A stretch of 59,979 bases of DNA from Octopus bimaculoides (lineage: Eukaryota). Below are positions 22,558 to 36,673 of the stretch, in pieces. Location of the stretch: positions 130,458,320-130,518,298 of the forward strand of contig NC_068981.1 of the NCBI RefSeq assembly GCF_001194135.2, read 5' to 3'. The notes beneath the pieces were generated by a model that was not told the origin of the DNA, did no database searches, and saw only the letters and a list, made by a program, of their open reading frames with translations. Positions within the stretch are counted from its first letter, which is position 1. Each line of letters opens with the position of its first letter. Both the position numbers and the translations under genes were made by a program.

Positions 22558-24473
22558 TTAAAACCTTACCTAGAATATAAATATTTGGTGTGTAAAATCC
22601 AGGCATAGCTGTGTGGCTGCCAAGTCAGAGCCATATGGTTCTCAGTCCAATTCCATTGTATGGCATCTTGGGCAAGTGCCTCTAACTGTAGCCTTAGGCC
22701 AACTGATGCATTGTGAGTAAAATTAGTGGATTAAAAGTAAAAGAAGAATGCTGTACATGTGGATGTGAATTTTGCTCCATGATTAGTACTATATAAGTAA
22801 GAATGGTACAATCTCTGTTCACTAAAGAGTCTTGTAATTTTAGCTTTCAATGTGTCAGGACTAGCAGAATGAAATAAATACCTTACTTGAGGGTTAAATG
22901 AACATAATTCTAATATTCACAATCTCATTCAGCACTCAGTGAGAACTGAATGGGTTGGTATCAGTTATCTGTATTTTCAAACCATTTCACTAATTTGCTT
23001 GATATCCATCACTTGTTTCTGTCATCTAAACTTGGATGGTCTCATCTAGAAAAGCTGTCTATAACTGCTTTTTCTTATTCAGCTCAGTTAATTTATTGCT
23101 ATTACTAAGTTACTGGTAGCTATTCAAGACAGCAACCTACTCAAATAATTCCATCTCTTGGATTGCATTGTAAATTCCTATAAAATTTGGAAACCTAAAT
23201 GGAATCAATTCCATTTGTTGGACTTTTGGATACTTAGCCTAAACAATAGAATTTAAGACTCTTGTAGGATATTTATTATTCAAATATTTCCCCCCCCTCT
23301 CCACAATGGTATTTCCTGTCATCTTTACCTTCACCTTTGTTCACTCATTACATTCACCTCTACCCTATTCTCTATCTGTCACTCTCCCCTCACATTCTTA
23401 TGAAACTACTCTCCACCCATCTACTGTCTGTATCTTCTCGTGCTCACCTTCTTGTACCTTGAGAGTTTGCTCTGACACTCCATCATGACCATCTTATCTT
23501 CTTCCCAGCTACCCCCATCGACACTAATATAATGCAGGGTTGCCATGTACCTTCTCTATAGTAAAACACCTGCACTTGTACCTCTATTATATTTTAGCCT
23601 CTCAATACTTGGCATAAAGCCACTTCCCCCTCTCAAATACTCCCCCTTTCACTTAGTTGAGGGATCTTTTTCTTTTTACTTTTTCTGTTCTGTAAGTTAC
23701 CTGGTGACCTCATTAGTGCTGGTGGCATGAGAAATGCATTCAGTACACACTGTGAAGTGGTTGGTATTAAGAAGTGCGTCCATCTGTTGAAACAATATCA
23801 AAGGTGACATTGGAGCTCAATGTAGCTCTGCAGTTTGTTAAATTCTATTAAACCATCCAACCCAGGCCGGCATAGAAAACTGACATTAAATTATGATGCA
23901 CAATGAAAGAAGTGAATTAAAAGAGAACTCAGTCTTGGATTCTATTGTTTAGGATGCAATACTTTATACTTAAAATGCATCACCAACTTTCTAATTGGAA
24001 AAGGTTTTGCCCAGCAACTTTTCACCACCAACAAATTGGTTACCTCTCGTCTTTTGTACTGTAATATTGAACTTGTTGACTGCATTCAGACTGCCACTTG
24101 TACTTGTTCAATACACATAGCTCTCTTGTACAGCTATGTCTTAACTACATATTTTAAACTAAACACTTACTGTCTAATCTATGAAATTATCCTCTAACAA
24201 TTTAAATTGAACATTAATTGTATTAACCTGACCTAGTTATACTAAGCAACCAGTCTGAGAGGGGCTAAAAATCAATAAATGCTATCTTTCCTTCCTTCCT
24301 CAGACAAACTAATATAAAACAATTCATAATTGATTACCTTTTATAAGTTATTCACATGCACTAAACTTCCTCTTTGGTTATAGATTACAGCAACTGGTAG
24401 CTGGCTGTTTTAATCTAAATTGATAATTGTAATATTTAGTTATCCACCCACATCTAATAGTTTCATTGCTTAC

Positions 24474-24537
24474 CGGAGAGTATGTTGCATAATTTTTTCA
24501 AATGACTTTGTTTCTCCTCTAAAAATATTGTAGTTGT
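24474..24537 (-). CDS. Possible minus-strand exon (TTTIFLEEKQSHLKKLCNILS)
   Basis: Acceptor CTGTTTCAG, donor CCG|GTAAGC, phase-0 entry compatible with the exon at 30068-30136. Confidence 0.2.
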
Positions 24538-27500
24538 CTGAAACAGTTTCTTCTCCCATAAAGAAGCAAAATGTACAGGCAGCAACTCAAAGGAAACTTT
24601 TGATGTGAGCAATATTATCTATAGCATCATGGCTTTGTTGGAAACGAGAGAGAGAGAGAGAGAGAATTCTTTGATGGTGAATCAAAGTGAAAAAAGGATA
24701 TTGATTGATTGATACATGAAGAGGTTACTGTACTGCTACAGATTTTTATTCTAAACAAATCGTTCATGCTGGGTGAAATTGTATTACATGTTAGAGGATG
24801 GGGCAGGAGTTTCCTAACAAAGCACCAAAGCAAGGTACTGAGATTCCGACATTGAAATTTAGGCATCACAAATGAAATCTTACTGTGAATAACTCAAAGG
24901 ATAGCTTTATTGTCATCATTCACCAATGCTAATTTTTACTTTAAATATGTTTTTTGAAAAATGTTATCTTATTTCTGAAGCCGTCATTTTTGTTCATTTT
25001 TAACATTTCTAATAACTCCTACATTCTTTCATCACAAACTCTCAACCAAATTATTTATAAAGAACTGAATAAATTGCAATCCTCAGTAATCTGATATTTT
25101 TCTGATATTTGTATGCACTTAACTTCTCTCATCTTCTCTCTCTCTCTCTCTCACGCCCCCCTCTTTCTTACATCCTAAATAAACTTCTATTGCCTTCTCA
25201 AACCACTCACCATCTGTCAGAAAATTATTACAAGCTGACAATTGTCTACTGCACATAGCCAGCAGAATGGTTTTCTACTAAAACCTCCATGGGATATTAT
25301 ATACATAACAGAGATTATTAACCTTATGCCTGTCTAAAGCATTTTCATAAGTTCGTCCTAAATGTCCATGCTTCTTTTGAGATTTTTGTTAGCCCTTGTT
25401 TTGTAGTTTCTGAGTAATATGAAGCTTTCCTTTCCTAAGTTTTGAGCTACACTGGTAGTTGAAAAAAAATTGGGGATGTATATCATATATAATACATAGA
25501 CTCTTGGGGAAATATGTCCTGTATATCATGTGATATACAGGATAGGCAAAATTTATAAAACAGCATTCTTCAATGAGTGTACAACTGATATTAGCAAAAT
25601 ACATAGCCTTTATTTAAAAGAAAATGCTAGTGTAACCCTTTAGCATTCACATTATTCTGTCAATAGTAATGTTTATTTATTTACACTATTGGGAATTACT
25701 CATGCATTATTTTGTAGCTTTGAGATTTTGATGAGGTTACTGTTAATTTTTAGAATAATATTGTAGGCTTGGTGTGAGGTGCCAGCTCTGGCCAGTTTGA
25801 ACATAAAATATTTTGGCCAGATATGGCCAGTTTAAATTCAAACAAAAACAGTAAACTGTATGATGTCCTTTGTCCAGTTTACTGCCATCTAGTTCTCTCA
25901 CATTTGTTGTCTGCATCTTCATTTTTGCACATTTCCTTGAATTTGATGAATAATCTTCTTACATTATTCATCACTTATCAAACTAAAATGGCCTTATCAT
26001 TATACTTTTAATACCTGTTGTTCACATAAACCATTAATGTTATTCAATTCTGATGATATTCTCTGTGCTAACATATATTATTTCCACTGCTTTGTCACAA
26101 AGTTCCTGAATTCAGTGAAATTCCAAATTTTGTTTTATAGACTCTCATTATGAATGGACTTCTTAAGTTAGTGTTCATTTCCTAACCTCAAATATCTGAA
26201 ATATAGAATAACAGAACTCTCATCCTTGTTGTTTTAAATTGCTGATCAATCCTCCTTTTATTAACCGTGTAAAAACTGAAGAAACAATTATAATTGATTA
26301 CCTATCTTTATCATTTCTTTCCTAGAAAAGCTTCAAAATAGCCATATGCATTGGAGTCTAATACTCTAATATTAATAAATCTTTGTATTGAACCCCCACC
26401 CATGAGCACTGAGGGTATAGAACAATATCTTCATGATGTCTATTTTTATTTTTTAATGTTAAAATATGTGTAAAATTGATGTGCATGGCAAAAACCTTGA
26501 AATAGGTTTTGCCATTATTTTGATGGTTACAGACAACAGATGAAATGAGACTGTCTTTGTAGATTTATAAAATGTCCATGGGCTGCAACACATAATACTA
26601 GGTTAAATGTGATTTTAGAGGACATATTTAATTGCCAGCTCACTTGAAATATTCTAGTTTTAATGCTATAATATCTATTTTAAAGTATTCATATTTATAT
26701 CATCATTATCATCATTCATCGTCCATGGTCAATGCTGGCATAGGTTGAACAGTTTGACTGGATATGATGGGCCCAAAGGACTGTATCCTGCTCCAGTATC
26801 TGCTGTGACATAGTTTCTATGGCTGGATGCCCTTCCTAACACCAACTATTTTACAGTGTGTGTAGTGGGTGCTGTTTTCATGCCTCTAGTACTAGTGAAG
26901 TCATCATGTAATTTTCAAAACTATGAACCNNNNNNNNNNNNNNNNNNNNNNNNNNNNNNNNNNNNNNNNNNNNNNNNNNNNNNNNNNNNNNNNNNNNNNN
27001 NNNNNNNNNNNNNNNNNNNNNNNNNNNNNNNNNNNNNNNNNNNNNNNNNNNNNNNNNNNNNNNNNNNNNNNNNNNNNNNNNNNNNNNNNNNNNNNNNNNN
27101 NNNNNNNNNNNNNNNNNNNNNNNNNNNNNNNNNNNNNNNNNNNNNNNNNNNNNNNNNNNNNNNNNNNNNNNNNNNNNNNNNNNNNNNNNNNNNNNNNNNN
27201 NNNNNNNNNNNNNNNNNNNNNNNNNNNNNNNNNNNNNNNNNNNNNNNNNNNNNNNNNNNNNNNNNNNNNNNNNNNNNNNNNNNNNNNNNNNNNNNNNNNN
27301 NNNNNNNNNNNNNNNNNNNNNNNNNNNNNNNNNNNNNNNAATTACCAGATTAATATGATGGCTTAGTTAATTATTTTACTGAATTTCAGAGTTTGTTGTA
27401 GCACATAGATAATGTGTTCCATTAGAAAAATGACCATGAAAAAATTAAAAGAACAAAGTTAGACAATATTCTCCTTCCAACCACATAGTGAAACTCTCAA

Positions 27501-29493
27501 ACTTAAGTGATTTTGAAAGATTTAAATCATAGATTATGGAGGTAACAGTATAACATTTCTCTAATTCTATACATTATTTTTATCATCAAAGTTGTATTAT
27601 GTTTATATTGTATGCAAAGTAACCAGTTATTGTATCTTAAAATTATCAAATAAAATAACATTGAATTAGAAGGTATTGAAAGTAAAGATTTATGAATTTG
27701 TCCTTGTATTGAAGCTGTAAACATTAACTTGTAAAAAGTGGCACATAAGGAAACTCCTAGTTTGTTTGATTATGACCCTATTGTTATACTGGAATTCTTT
27801 AAATGTTATTCAATTCTGAAAGTTCAAAAACAAACACTGTGGTCTGTAAAAGAAAATGCAAGACAAAATACTCTATTGATAGCCTTTTTTTATGGAGCTA
27901 TTTTTATATGGATGGATCTATATTGTTGTAGCCAGGTTAAGTGTGGTTTTCAAATAATTGATCAATCATTATAGTTGAAACGAAAGCAATATCTCTGGCT
28001 GTTGTATTCATAAGAATAACAACAACAACAAAAAATTTTGTTTTGCAATTCACCCTTCTACTGAGCAATTCAAAACAAAATCATGCCTTTACATATTAAG
28101 AAATCTACAAATGAAACATCTTTAGGTTATGATACAGTATGTTGTTGGTGTCCTTGCCATGTTAGCTTCTATTGGATGAGAAATTTAATAGAATTGTCAT
28201 AGAAATTTTATGACAAAACAAACTGTATTGGTAACATACTGTATAGTGATTATAATCTTGCATCTGTAAATATGTAGTCTATTGAAGAGGAGAAGCAGGA
28301 AGTTTCAAAACTAACTCCACGAGTTCCTTTATAATCATGATTGCCTATCTCTAAAATAGTTAAGAGTAACCACCCTCTCCACACCCTAGTCTATCTCTGC
28401 TGGATGTGAATTAACAAGTAAACATAATTTACGTGACTGATTACAGTTTTTATTCTGCAACATTGAAAAAAAAAAAAAATTCTTGATTTCCTTAAAGTCA
28501 TATAATAAAATCTAAGTGTGTAAACCTCACTATCCCCTCACACTAACCCTTCTGTTATCGTATTTCTATTGAAATACGCTGCCTTTGTGGTTTCAGTTAA
28601 TTTTGAAAAGATGAATTTATTAAGCTGATATTTGAGACATGAATTAACACAAACTTTCGATAAAAGGTTTTAATTTAGTTTACTTTAAAACAAGAAGCTT
28701 GTATCATAGGGGCCAAATGGTGGTCTGAGATGGGTTGTTATCAAAAGGGTTAAAATATTAAAAATTTTTACATGCTTTTTGACCCATACATATTTACATA
28801 TTTTGAAAGCTGGTCTCTCTATAGATTTTAAAAGAAGCTAAAATTCACTTAGCTATCACCATATGGGTGGGAAATTTCCAGTGCCACATAAAAGACCAAT
28901 TAACTCATTTTGGTAGTATTAAGGAACTTTAAAACATTCAGTTACATGTTGTGTGAACACATTTACCACTTCTCTATTTTAACCTGATTATTTGGAATAA
29001 CCATTTCAATAATGGCTAATTCATTGTAGTGTGACTAGATAAAACATTTTTATACCAATACTCCTGAGACCACTTTTGGTTCTATGATACAAATTTCTTG
29101 TTTTAAAATAATTTAAATTAAAACCTTGCATGATAATTTCATGCTAATTTATGTTCAAGATAGGAGATTAATATGACAAAAGTTATTTCATTAAATTCTT
29201 CATTAATTTCAAAATTAATTTGGTTGTTTCTCAAGGATTATAATTTATTGATAGTTAACCATATATGCTTTCTTCCGTTCTAAGTGTTAACTATATCTCC
29301 TCACACAGTCAACACGTCTCCCAACTAACCCAGTGTTTCTCAATTAGGGTCCATATGGCTCTTGGAAGGCCATATGTTTTTGTTGTTAAAATTTATCTGC
29401 AATAAATTGGTTATACTTCTACAAAACACAAGATATTTTAATAATTATTCTTATGCAATTCCTTATAATAATTCATTATAAAAATATAATAAG

Positions 29494-29820
29494 CTCAGTG
29501 GTTAGAGTATTAGGCTCACAATCATGAGGTAGTGAGTTTAATTCTCAGACCAGGCTGTGTGTTGTGTTCTTGACCAAGACACTTTATTTCACATTGCTCC
29601 AGTTCACTCAGCTGTAGGAATGAGTTGTGACATCACATGGTGCCAAGCTGTGTCAGCCTTTGCTTTTCCCTTGGATAACATTGATGATGTGGAGAGGGGA
29701 GACCGGTATGCATGGGTGATTGCTGGTCTTCCATAAACAACCTTGTCTGAACTTGTGCCTCAGAGGGTAACTTTCTAGGTGCAATCCCATGGTCACTCAT
29801 GATTGAAGGGGGTCTTTTCT
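29494..29820 (+). mobile_element. tRNA-derived SINE, near full length (third family)
   Basis: Head CTCAGTGGTTAGAG...GTGAGTTTAATTCTC; central CTTGACCAAGACACTTT...CTCCAGTTCACTCAGCTGTAG; tail GAAGGGGGTCTTT. Confidence 0.75.
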
Positions 29821-30067
29821 TTAATAGGGTTGTTTTAAGTATCAGATGGCAAGGAGGGTCCACCTGAGTAAAATAGATCCTTAGATAAAACAAAAAATGG
29901 CCGAGAAACAGTCTCACAGTTACCCCACATACATTCTGAAATCCAGTGTCTTAAAAAAAGAAAAATTAGATTTAACAATCTAGTAGGAATTAACAACGAT
30001 AAACCACAAAATACCATTAATTCCAGAAAATAGAGTATTACACTGTTGTTCCATTCTCCCAAATTAC

Positions 30068-30136
30068 CTGGCGCCGGTGGTTGTTTGCTCTGTTAGAAAT
30101 ATCTTCTTCAAAGCCAAACTTCCTGAAATCCAAACC
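30068..30136 (-). CDS. Candidate minus-strand exon (GLDFRKFGFEEDISNRANNHRRQ)
   Basis: Long poly-T tract plus TCAAG acceptor, donor CCAG|GTAATT, 69 nt frame-preserving, CpGs retained in a CpG-poor zone. Confidence 0.4.
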
Positions 30137-30790
30137 CTTGACATTAAAAAAAAAAGAAAAAAAAAAGTGCAACATCTTAAATAATCTAGAACTAGGGTAC
30201 ATTGATATACTGTGTCTGAAGGAATAGTCACAGCTGCAGTGCCTTTGATTATAATTCTGCTTGATCAGGGTTGACTTGGGACGAAGCACCTCAACACTTA
30301 GAAATCTAACCCATGAATGACACTAACTTTGTAATCTCTGCAAAATGCTTGGTTTATATTCTGATGACTTCTCATTTTATTTGACAAAACATAAGCCAAC
30401 CTCTTTCAGAACTTATAACTTGCTGGTCATTGAGACATTATTATTGGAACAGTGCTACTCTATGGTTTGAACTTTTAGATAACTGTACTGATGTTGAGTA
30501 ACTGGAGAAATAATATGGTATGGTCATTCTCAATGAAATATGTCTTAAGATATATGAGTCAGCAACTTCTTTTTGTAATGATCCACTTTTAATTTTTTGT
30601 TATATGGTTAAAGATGTGGCTGAGTGGTCAATTCTCAATCATGTGGTCTTGGGTTCAGTCCCATTGCATGACACTTTTGGCAAGTGTTTTCTACTGTAGC
30701 CCCGGACCAAGCCTTGTGCATGGATTTGGCAGATAGAAATGGAAAGAAAGGCCTGTTGTGTGTGTGTGTGTGTGTGTGTGTATACATATA

Positions 30791-30831
<41 letters not shown>

Positions 30832-31342
30832 GTATATATGTATATGTATATATGTATGTGTTTGTGTGTACTCTAGTCTAAATATCATGTGATGGTTGTA
30901 AATGATGATGATAATTATCTTCATACAAGTGATGTGGTTCATTTCTAGCCTTTTCTGAAAAACATGTCTACCTGTGGGAAATTATTTCCTTATTTGGAAA
31001 CAGGTGAGGGTTGGTGACAGGAAGGACATCAGGCTGTAGAAAATCTTCCGCAACAAATTCTGACTCCTGCAAGTATGGAAAAGTGGATGTTAAATGGTTT
31101 GCACGTACCATATACCTTACATATATTAATATATCTGCATATCCCACCCATTTCCATCTGCGGCAATGCCCATGTAAATAACAAACAAAGAAATGGCACA
31201 AAAGACTACAAGTCATCTGCTGCTCAATGACCCAGAAATAAAACTGTTTTGAAAATTCTTTTTGAAAAGGTCCAAGGACCTGTTGCTGATCTTATATTGA
31301 ACCAAGCAAAGCCCTTTCTTCTAAGCTACACCAGTAACTTAA

Positions 31343-31538
31343 CCATTCATCTTTCAGATTACTTTGTCAAATGTAATGCTTATTTATTCACATTGTTTTG
31401 AATTAATCATGCATTATCTTGTAGCTTTGAGATTTTGATGTGACTGTTCATTTTTAGATGATGAGAGGCCAAATCTGGCCATTTTGACCACAAAACAGAA
31501 TATTTTGCTCAGATATTATCAGTTTAAATGCTAAAGAG
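31343..31538. mobile_element. piggyBac-like MITE, second full copy
   Basis: Flanked by TTAA at 31339-31342 and 31539-31542; body collinear with 22337-22557. Confidence 0.7.
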
Positions 31539-33914
31539 TTAATAGTTGTTGTTTACTGGTGTTTTATTAGCTACCAAGTGTGACTTTATTGTTATTGACT
31601 TATTAAATAGACAAAAATACATGCAATTTTATCTCAAGGTGATAATTATTTTAAGTAGTGGAAGAAGGGAGGGTGTATTATATCTCTAAAACGATTTTTT
31701 TCTAATTACCTACTATCATACCTGCTTACTGACATGTCTTATTTTATTGAAATGGTAAACAAGCTTTACACTTTCATCAAAATATAGTTTGTATAGAATA
31801 GTATTTTATCACCAAACCGCCATATCTAGTCATTTATAATTATAATTTGTACCGGTATTTAGATTTAGACATAGATAATCTCTGTAAGCATGAAGGGAAG
31901 AATGGGTATAAATGTAAAAAGAAAAAAAAATGCCCCAAACTGGCTGTTTTTTCCCCCTAAGACTGCTAGTTCAGTTGATAATAGAGGATATTTTTTTACT
32001 TTAGAAAGTGACTAGTTAGTACTAGACTTTCATTTACTTAATGCAAATTGAATATCAATAATAAGAATTACAATATTCTTCTTGTAGTTCCATGTTCTTT
32101 TTAATCAAGTAAATTTGTTTTAATATCTTAAATTTTATTAATACTGCATAATATATTTCTTTTCATTCATATTATCTTCTTAACCTCTATTATTCTGTCA
32201 GTAACATTTGTAGCAGTTATCATCTCTATGTCAGAACATTTTCAAACATGCATAGATTCTTTCCTCAAGTGAAAATCTTGTTCATCCTTCAGTTGATTCA
32301 TAATTGGATATGTATAATTCTTTATTATTACCAGTGGTTTAATGCATGAATACAGTTTGTATTCAGAATCCTATAATCCATCCTATATCTAACAAGATTG
32401 CAAAATATTGCAAAGCTTCGGTAGGTCAGTATTGATTAGAAGATATTTAAATGTCTTACTGATATTGCTTCCGTTGCTGTTACAAAACTTCTTTTTAAAG
32501 ATTCTACATTACTTCAGGTTACATTATTTCCAGATAGTATGATAAGACATTCACTTGTCATGCTTTGAGATATTGAAGTAGCCACCCACTGGAAATTCTT
32601 AAGCTTTCAGAAGAGGTCTTGAAACATTTCACCAAACTCTTAGCAAAGACTTGTGGGTCTATCTAATGAGCAAGAGTTGTGTGATATGAATTGAACAATA
32701 ATTTCTTTGTTTCTTCACAATACAATATGTTGCTCTGAATGAATAATATCTTTGAATGGTCAATGTAAAAATTACCCCTGCTGAAATAATGACTCCTGAC
32801 TTAATCTTTTAGTTTTGAAACCAGCCATATCTGCCCAAATATTCTACCCGTTTTATGTTAAAATCAACCAGATCCAGCCTCTTAACACCTACCTTACAAT
32901 GTTAGTCTAGAAATAAATAATCATATCATCAAAATCTCAAAGCTACAAGATAATGCATATTTGACCCTTTAGTATTTTCTTTTATTCTTTCATTTGTTTC
33001 AGTCATTTGACTGCAGCCATGCTGGAGCATCACCTTGAGGGTTCTTATGTTGATTGAATTTGTTACACCCCTTTCCTGAGAATATATGTTTCTCTTCAAA
33101 TGCTGGGAATAATTAAGTTACATAAACCATATTGAATCACACCTACCCTTTTTTAAAGAGAGTTTGATAAATGTTTTACAAAAAACTATTTTCTATCTAA
33201 AGTTAGCAAGCAAATAAGATGGACTCGTGATGTTGCATTTTGCCTTTGATTTCACATAAATACAGGATGGTTGGATGAGTAAGAATTCAAAATTATAGTT
33301 ATATTAACATTATTTAATGATTCATTTCTGTAGTTGGCAATAAATGATTAGTTCGATGAAAATGGCTTTAAATATCAATGAGAGAAAATTTTAATGGAGA
33401 GGCTGAAATTAGATTATTTCATGTTTTAGTTTTTAATAAAAAATTGTGATTTGTTCATAACTTGATTTAATATTTGAGTCATCAGTGGAAAATGAAATAT
33501 TGAAATTTGATATTTTTTCTTTTCATATGAATCATCTGCATGATTTGCTGGCCCATGTTTTGCATTTTAACTACAAACCAACTAACTATTGAGTTGTCAA
33601 ATGGATGTGGCCTCTATTTTACAGTTAGGCTGACTGAAACAACTGGGGCCCATAATGCCTAAATACAACTATGTGCTGTTGGGCTGAGTTCAAAAATCAT
33701 TAACTGGACTTATTAATATAAAAATAAAAAAAAATTTTGAAAAAGGAGCTATCCTTTCTCTTTTTGAGTTATTCATAAATAATTTCTTTTAGATTCTGTT
33801 ATAATTTTGAATATCAATATTCAGTTGTTTAAACTACATTAAGTCTGGCCATCTATGTCTCACACTTAACATGTATACACCACTGACTGATGTCTTTGTC
33901 CCAGATAAAAGCCT

Positions 33915-34470
33915 CTTATAGAAATCCTGTGTTTAAAAACACAATATATGTTGGAGGGAGATGAAAAACTGTCCCAGCAACAGCTAATGAGAATGCCAGA
34001 TGCACTTTAGTCTTCTTGGGCCTTGTAATTGACATGTACTCATAGCCAGACACATGCCTGGACAAGAGTTGTCACCTCCAGTATAGGAAACAGTGAATAA
34101 TATGTTCACTGGTATTGCAAACAGCTGTTGGGCTGAATAAATAATCTGGTGTATGCAATCAAAGCAGTATTAAGTTAAAACAGTTATAGCTATATTGGTG
34201 CTATACTTAGTGTACATACACCACAAAATATATTGGAGGGTGGTGAAAATTGTCCTGGCAGCAGCTATCAAGAACACAAAACATATTTTGCCCTTCTTGG
34301 GCCTTCTCAATGATGTGTACTTGCAGCTAACCACATGTCTAGATATGATTTGTCACCTCTGATATAAGAAACAAGGAAAAATACATTTGGCATTCTTGCT
34401 AACCACTGCCAAGGTGGTTTTTTCCACCTCCCTCTGATATATGTGCTTTTAAACCCAGCATGTCTACAAG
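33915..34470 (-). mobile_element. Penelope-like/retrozyme-like remnant: two 281-bp tandem units, each with a decayed hammerhead motif, plus an inverted terminal copy
   Basis: TTGGAGGG, CTTCTTGGGCC and GTCACCTC recur at 281-282 bp spacing; 34420-34470 is an inverted copy of 33915-33967; motifs at 33993-34035 and 34274-34316. Confidence 0.65.
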
Positions 34471-36618
34471 GTGATGGTGCATGGCTTGGTGGTTAGAGTA
34501 TTCAGTTTATGACCTTAAGGTTGTGAGTTTGATGTCCAGCAGCATGTTATGTCCTTGAGCAAAACACTCTGTTTCATGTTGTTCCAGTCTACTCAGCTGG
34601 CGAAAATGAGTAGAACCTTCATTTCAAAGGGACCAGCTTTGTCATGTTGAATCTCCTGAGAACTATGTTAAGGGTACGCATATCTGTGGAGTGCTCAGCC
34701 ACTGTGCATGTTAATTTCACTGTTCCGTTGGCTGGATCAACTGGAACCTTCGTCATTGTAACTAATGGAATGCCAGTCTATGTCTATAAGAAATTTTGTC
34801 TTGGACAAAACCCACTGTAACTTACCTGTCATTAAGTATGATATATAAATGGCTATTTTAATGTAATCCTGTGAGTACATGCTGTTAACAAAATCCAAGA
34901 AGGTTGAAATGCACACTATGTTCTCGCTAGCTGGTGTTGGGGTGGTTTTTCAACTTTCTCTATGATATATACATTGTGTTTTTAAACTGGATGGAAACTA
35001 CAGTAGCCTACCTATTTCTGGTGTATATACATTAAATAGTGACAGCAATTTGGCTGCTATCTTTAGCATGTTGAACAACTAGTTAGAATCTTTATTGGCT
35101 TGAGATTGTATAGGAGAGACAAGCTGGATTCACAGATGATGTAGTACATAGTTTAACTAGAAGTACATAAAGGAAAATGTGGGGTGAACTAAGATGCAGT
35201 TTTGAAAAGTAGCCTTTAAAAGCAAGAGTTTGTTGGAGTGTGTTAATATTACAGACTCATATAAGGCAGCAAGCTAGCAGAATTGTTAGCATGCTGGACA
35301 AAATGCTTAATGGCATTTTTGTCCCATCTTCATGTTCTGAGTTCAAATTCCACCAAGGTTGACTTTGCCTTTGATCCTTTTTGGGGTTGATAAAATAAGA
35401 ACCACTTGAGCACTGGGGCTGATGTATTTGACTTACCCCCTCCCGAAATTGCTGGCCTTGTGCCAAAATTTGAAACCAGTTTTACAGACCCATGTCACCA
35501 ATGATATCCTCAAGAAATAGACATACACCTGATGATTAAAAAAAAAAAAAGATCCTCACAAGGATTTGGGAGGCAGAAGGTTTTGTATAATATATATATA
35601 TAAAAAATTATTACATTTTGTTGTTAAGACAATTGTATATGCTTTACAGTGCAATGCACCCCATAATGCTAATTACTTAACTATGAAGTAGAAATTGCAC
35701 TAATTTTCAGTTAAGATGATTGCCAGGAAAGCAATTGTAATGTGCTGCTTTGTTGATTATTCCCACTAAACTACGATCAAAGGTATTCCAGCTGTGATAA
35801 TCTTGTATTTTGTTTTCAGAGAAGATAGGAAAATTTGAAGGAGATTTGGCTGATTCATTTAGTTGGCTAGGTGACTACATTGTCTTTGTTTCTGTCTGTA
35901 TCATACTTTCACCTTTCATCACTAGACACAAGGCCATCTCCCTCAATACTATTCCCCTTCTTAGTTGGGGACGCATTTGACTTGTAAGTTACTTGGTGAC
36001 CTTACTGGTGCCATGCAAAAAGCACCCAGTACACTTTGTAAAGCGGTTGACATTAGTAAAGGCATCCATCTGTGGGAACCATGCCAGAGAAGGCAGTTGA
36101 GCTTGGAGCAGAGGTAGGTTGCTACCTTATGTGAAACCATGAAATCCATACAAGCATGGAAAATGAATGATGATGATGATGATGATGTCCTTTGTTGAAA
36201 GAAAGAGTGGAATAATTGCAATCATGCTGCTCTGTTGAAATTAATAATCATAGGCTTTTTTCATATCATACCATAGCAATTGTGTTATGCCATTTGAGCA
36301 CAGGGTACAGATTAACTGATTAATTAACATAATACTTCATGTGAGTAGTTTGAAGAGATCTGGCAGTAAAATCAATTACTCTATCAAGATGTAAATTTCA
36401 ATTACTTCAAAATGATCCATCTACACAAACAAGAAGAAATATTAACCTCACCTTCAAAATTCAGATTTGTTCATGACTTTCAATTAACAATATCATTAAT
36501 TCATGACCTTTTTATTTATTTTTAAAAAAATTATTTTTAACTTAAGCTTTTTATTTCTGGGAAATCCTATTTTATTTCTGAATCATTGAATTTCTGTATA
36601 ACTTTTGCCCTTTGACAG

Positions 36619-36673
36619 TATTTGATCTCAGAATGTTACTGAATACCATTTGCAGTTTACTTGATGCTCTAAG
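36619..36673 (+). CDS. Possible exon (FDLRMLLNTICSLLDAL)
   Basis: Acceptor CTTTTGCCCTTTGACAG, single open frame, phase 2 exit compatible with 47476. The donor overlaps the end of a MITE and may be artefactual. Confidence 0.25.

Noticed and set aside
25518-25541. 11-bp perfect hairpin CCTGTATATCA-TG-TGATATACAGG
   Set aside because: Isolated short palindrome with no context; not distinguishable from background.
29494-29570. tRNA-like A/B boxes here and at about 13415, 35255, 37203 and 51823
   Set aside because: They are SINE heads continuous with repeat bodies; no acceptor stem or cloverleaf, so not called as tRNA genes.
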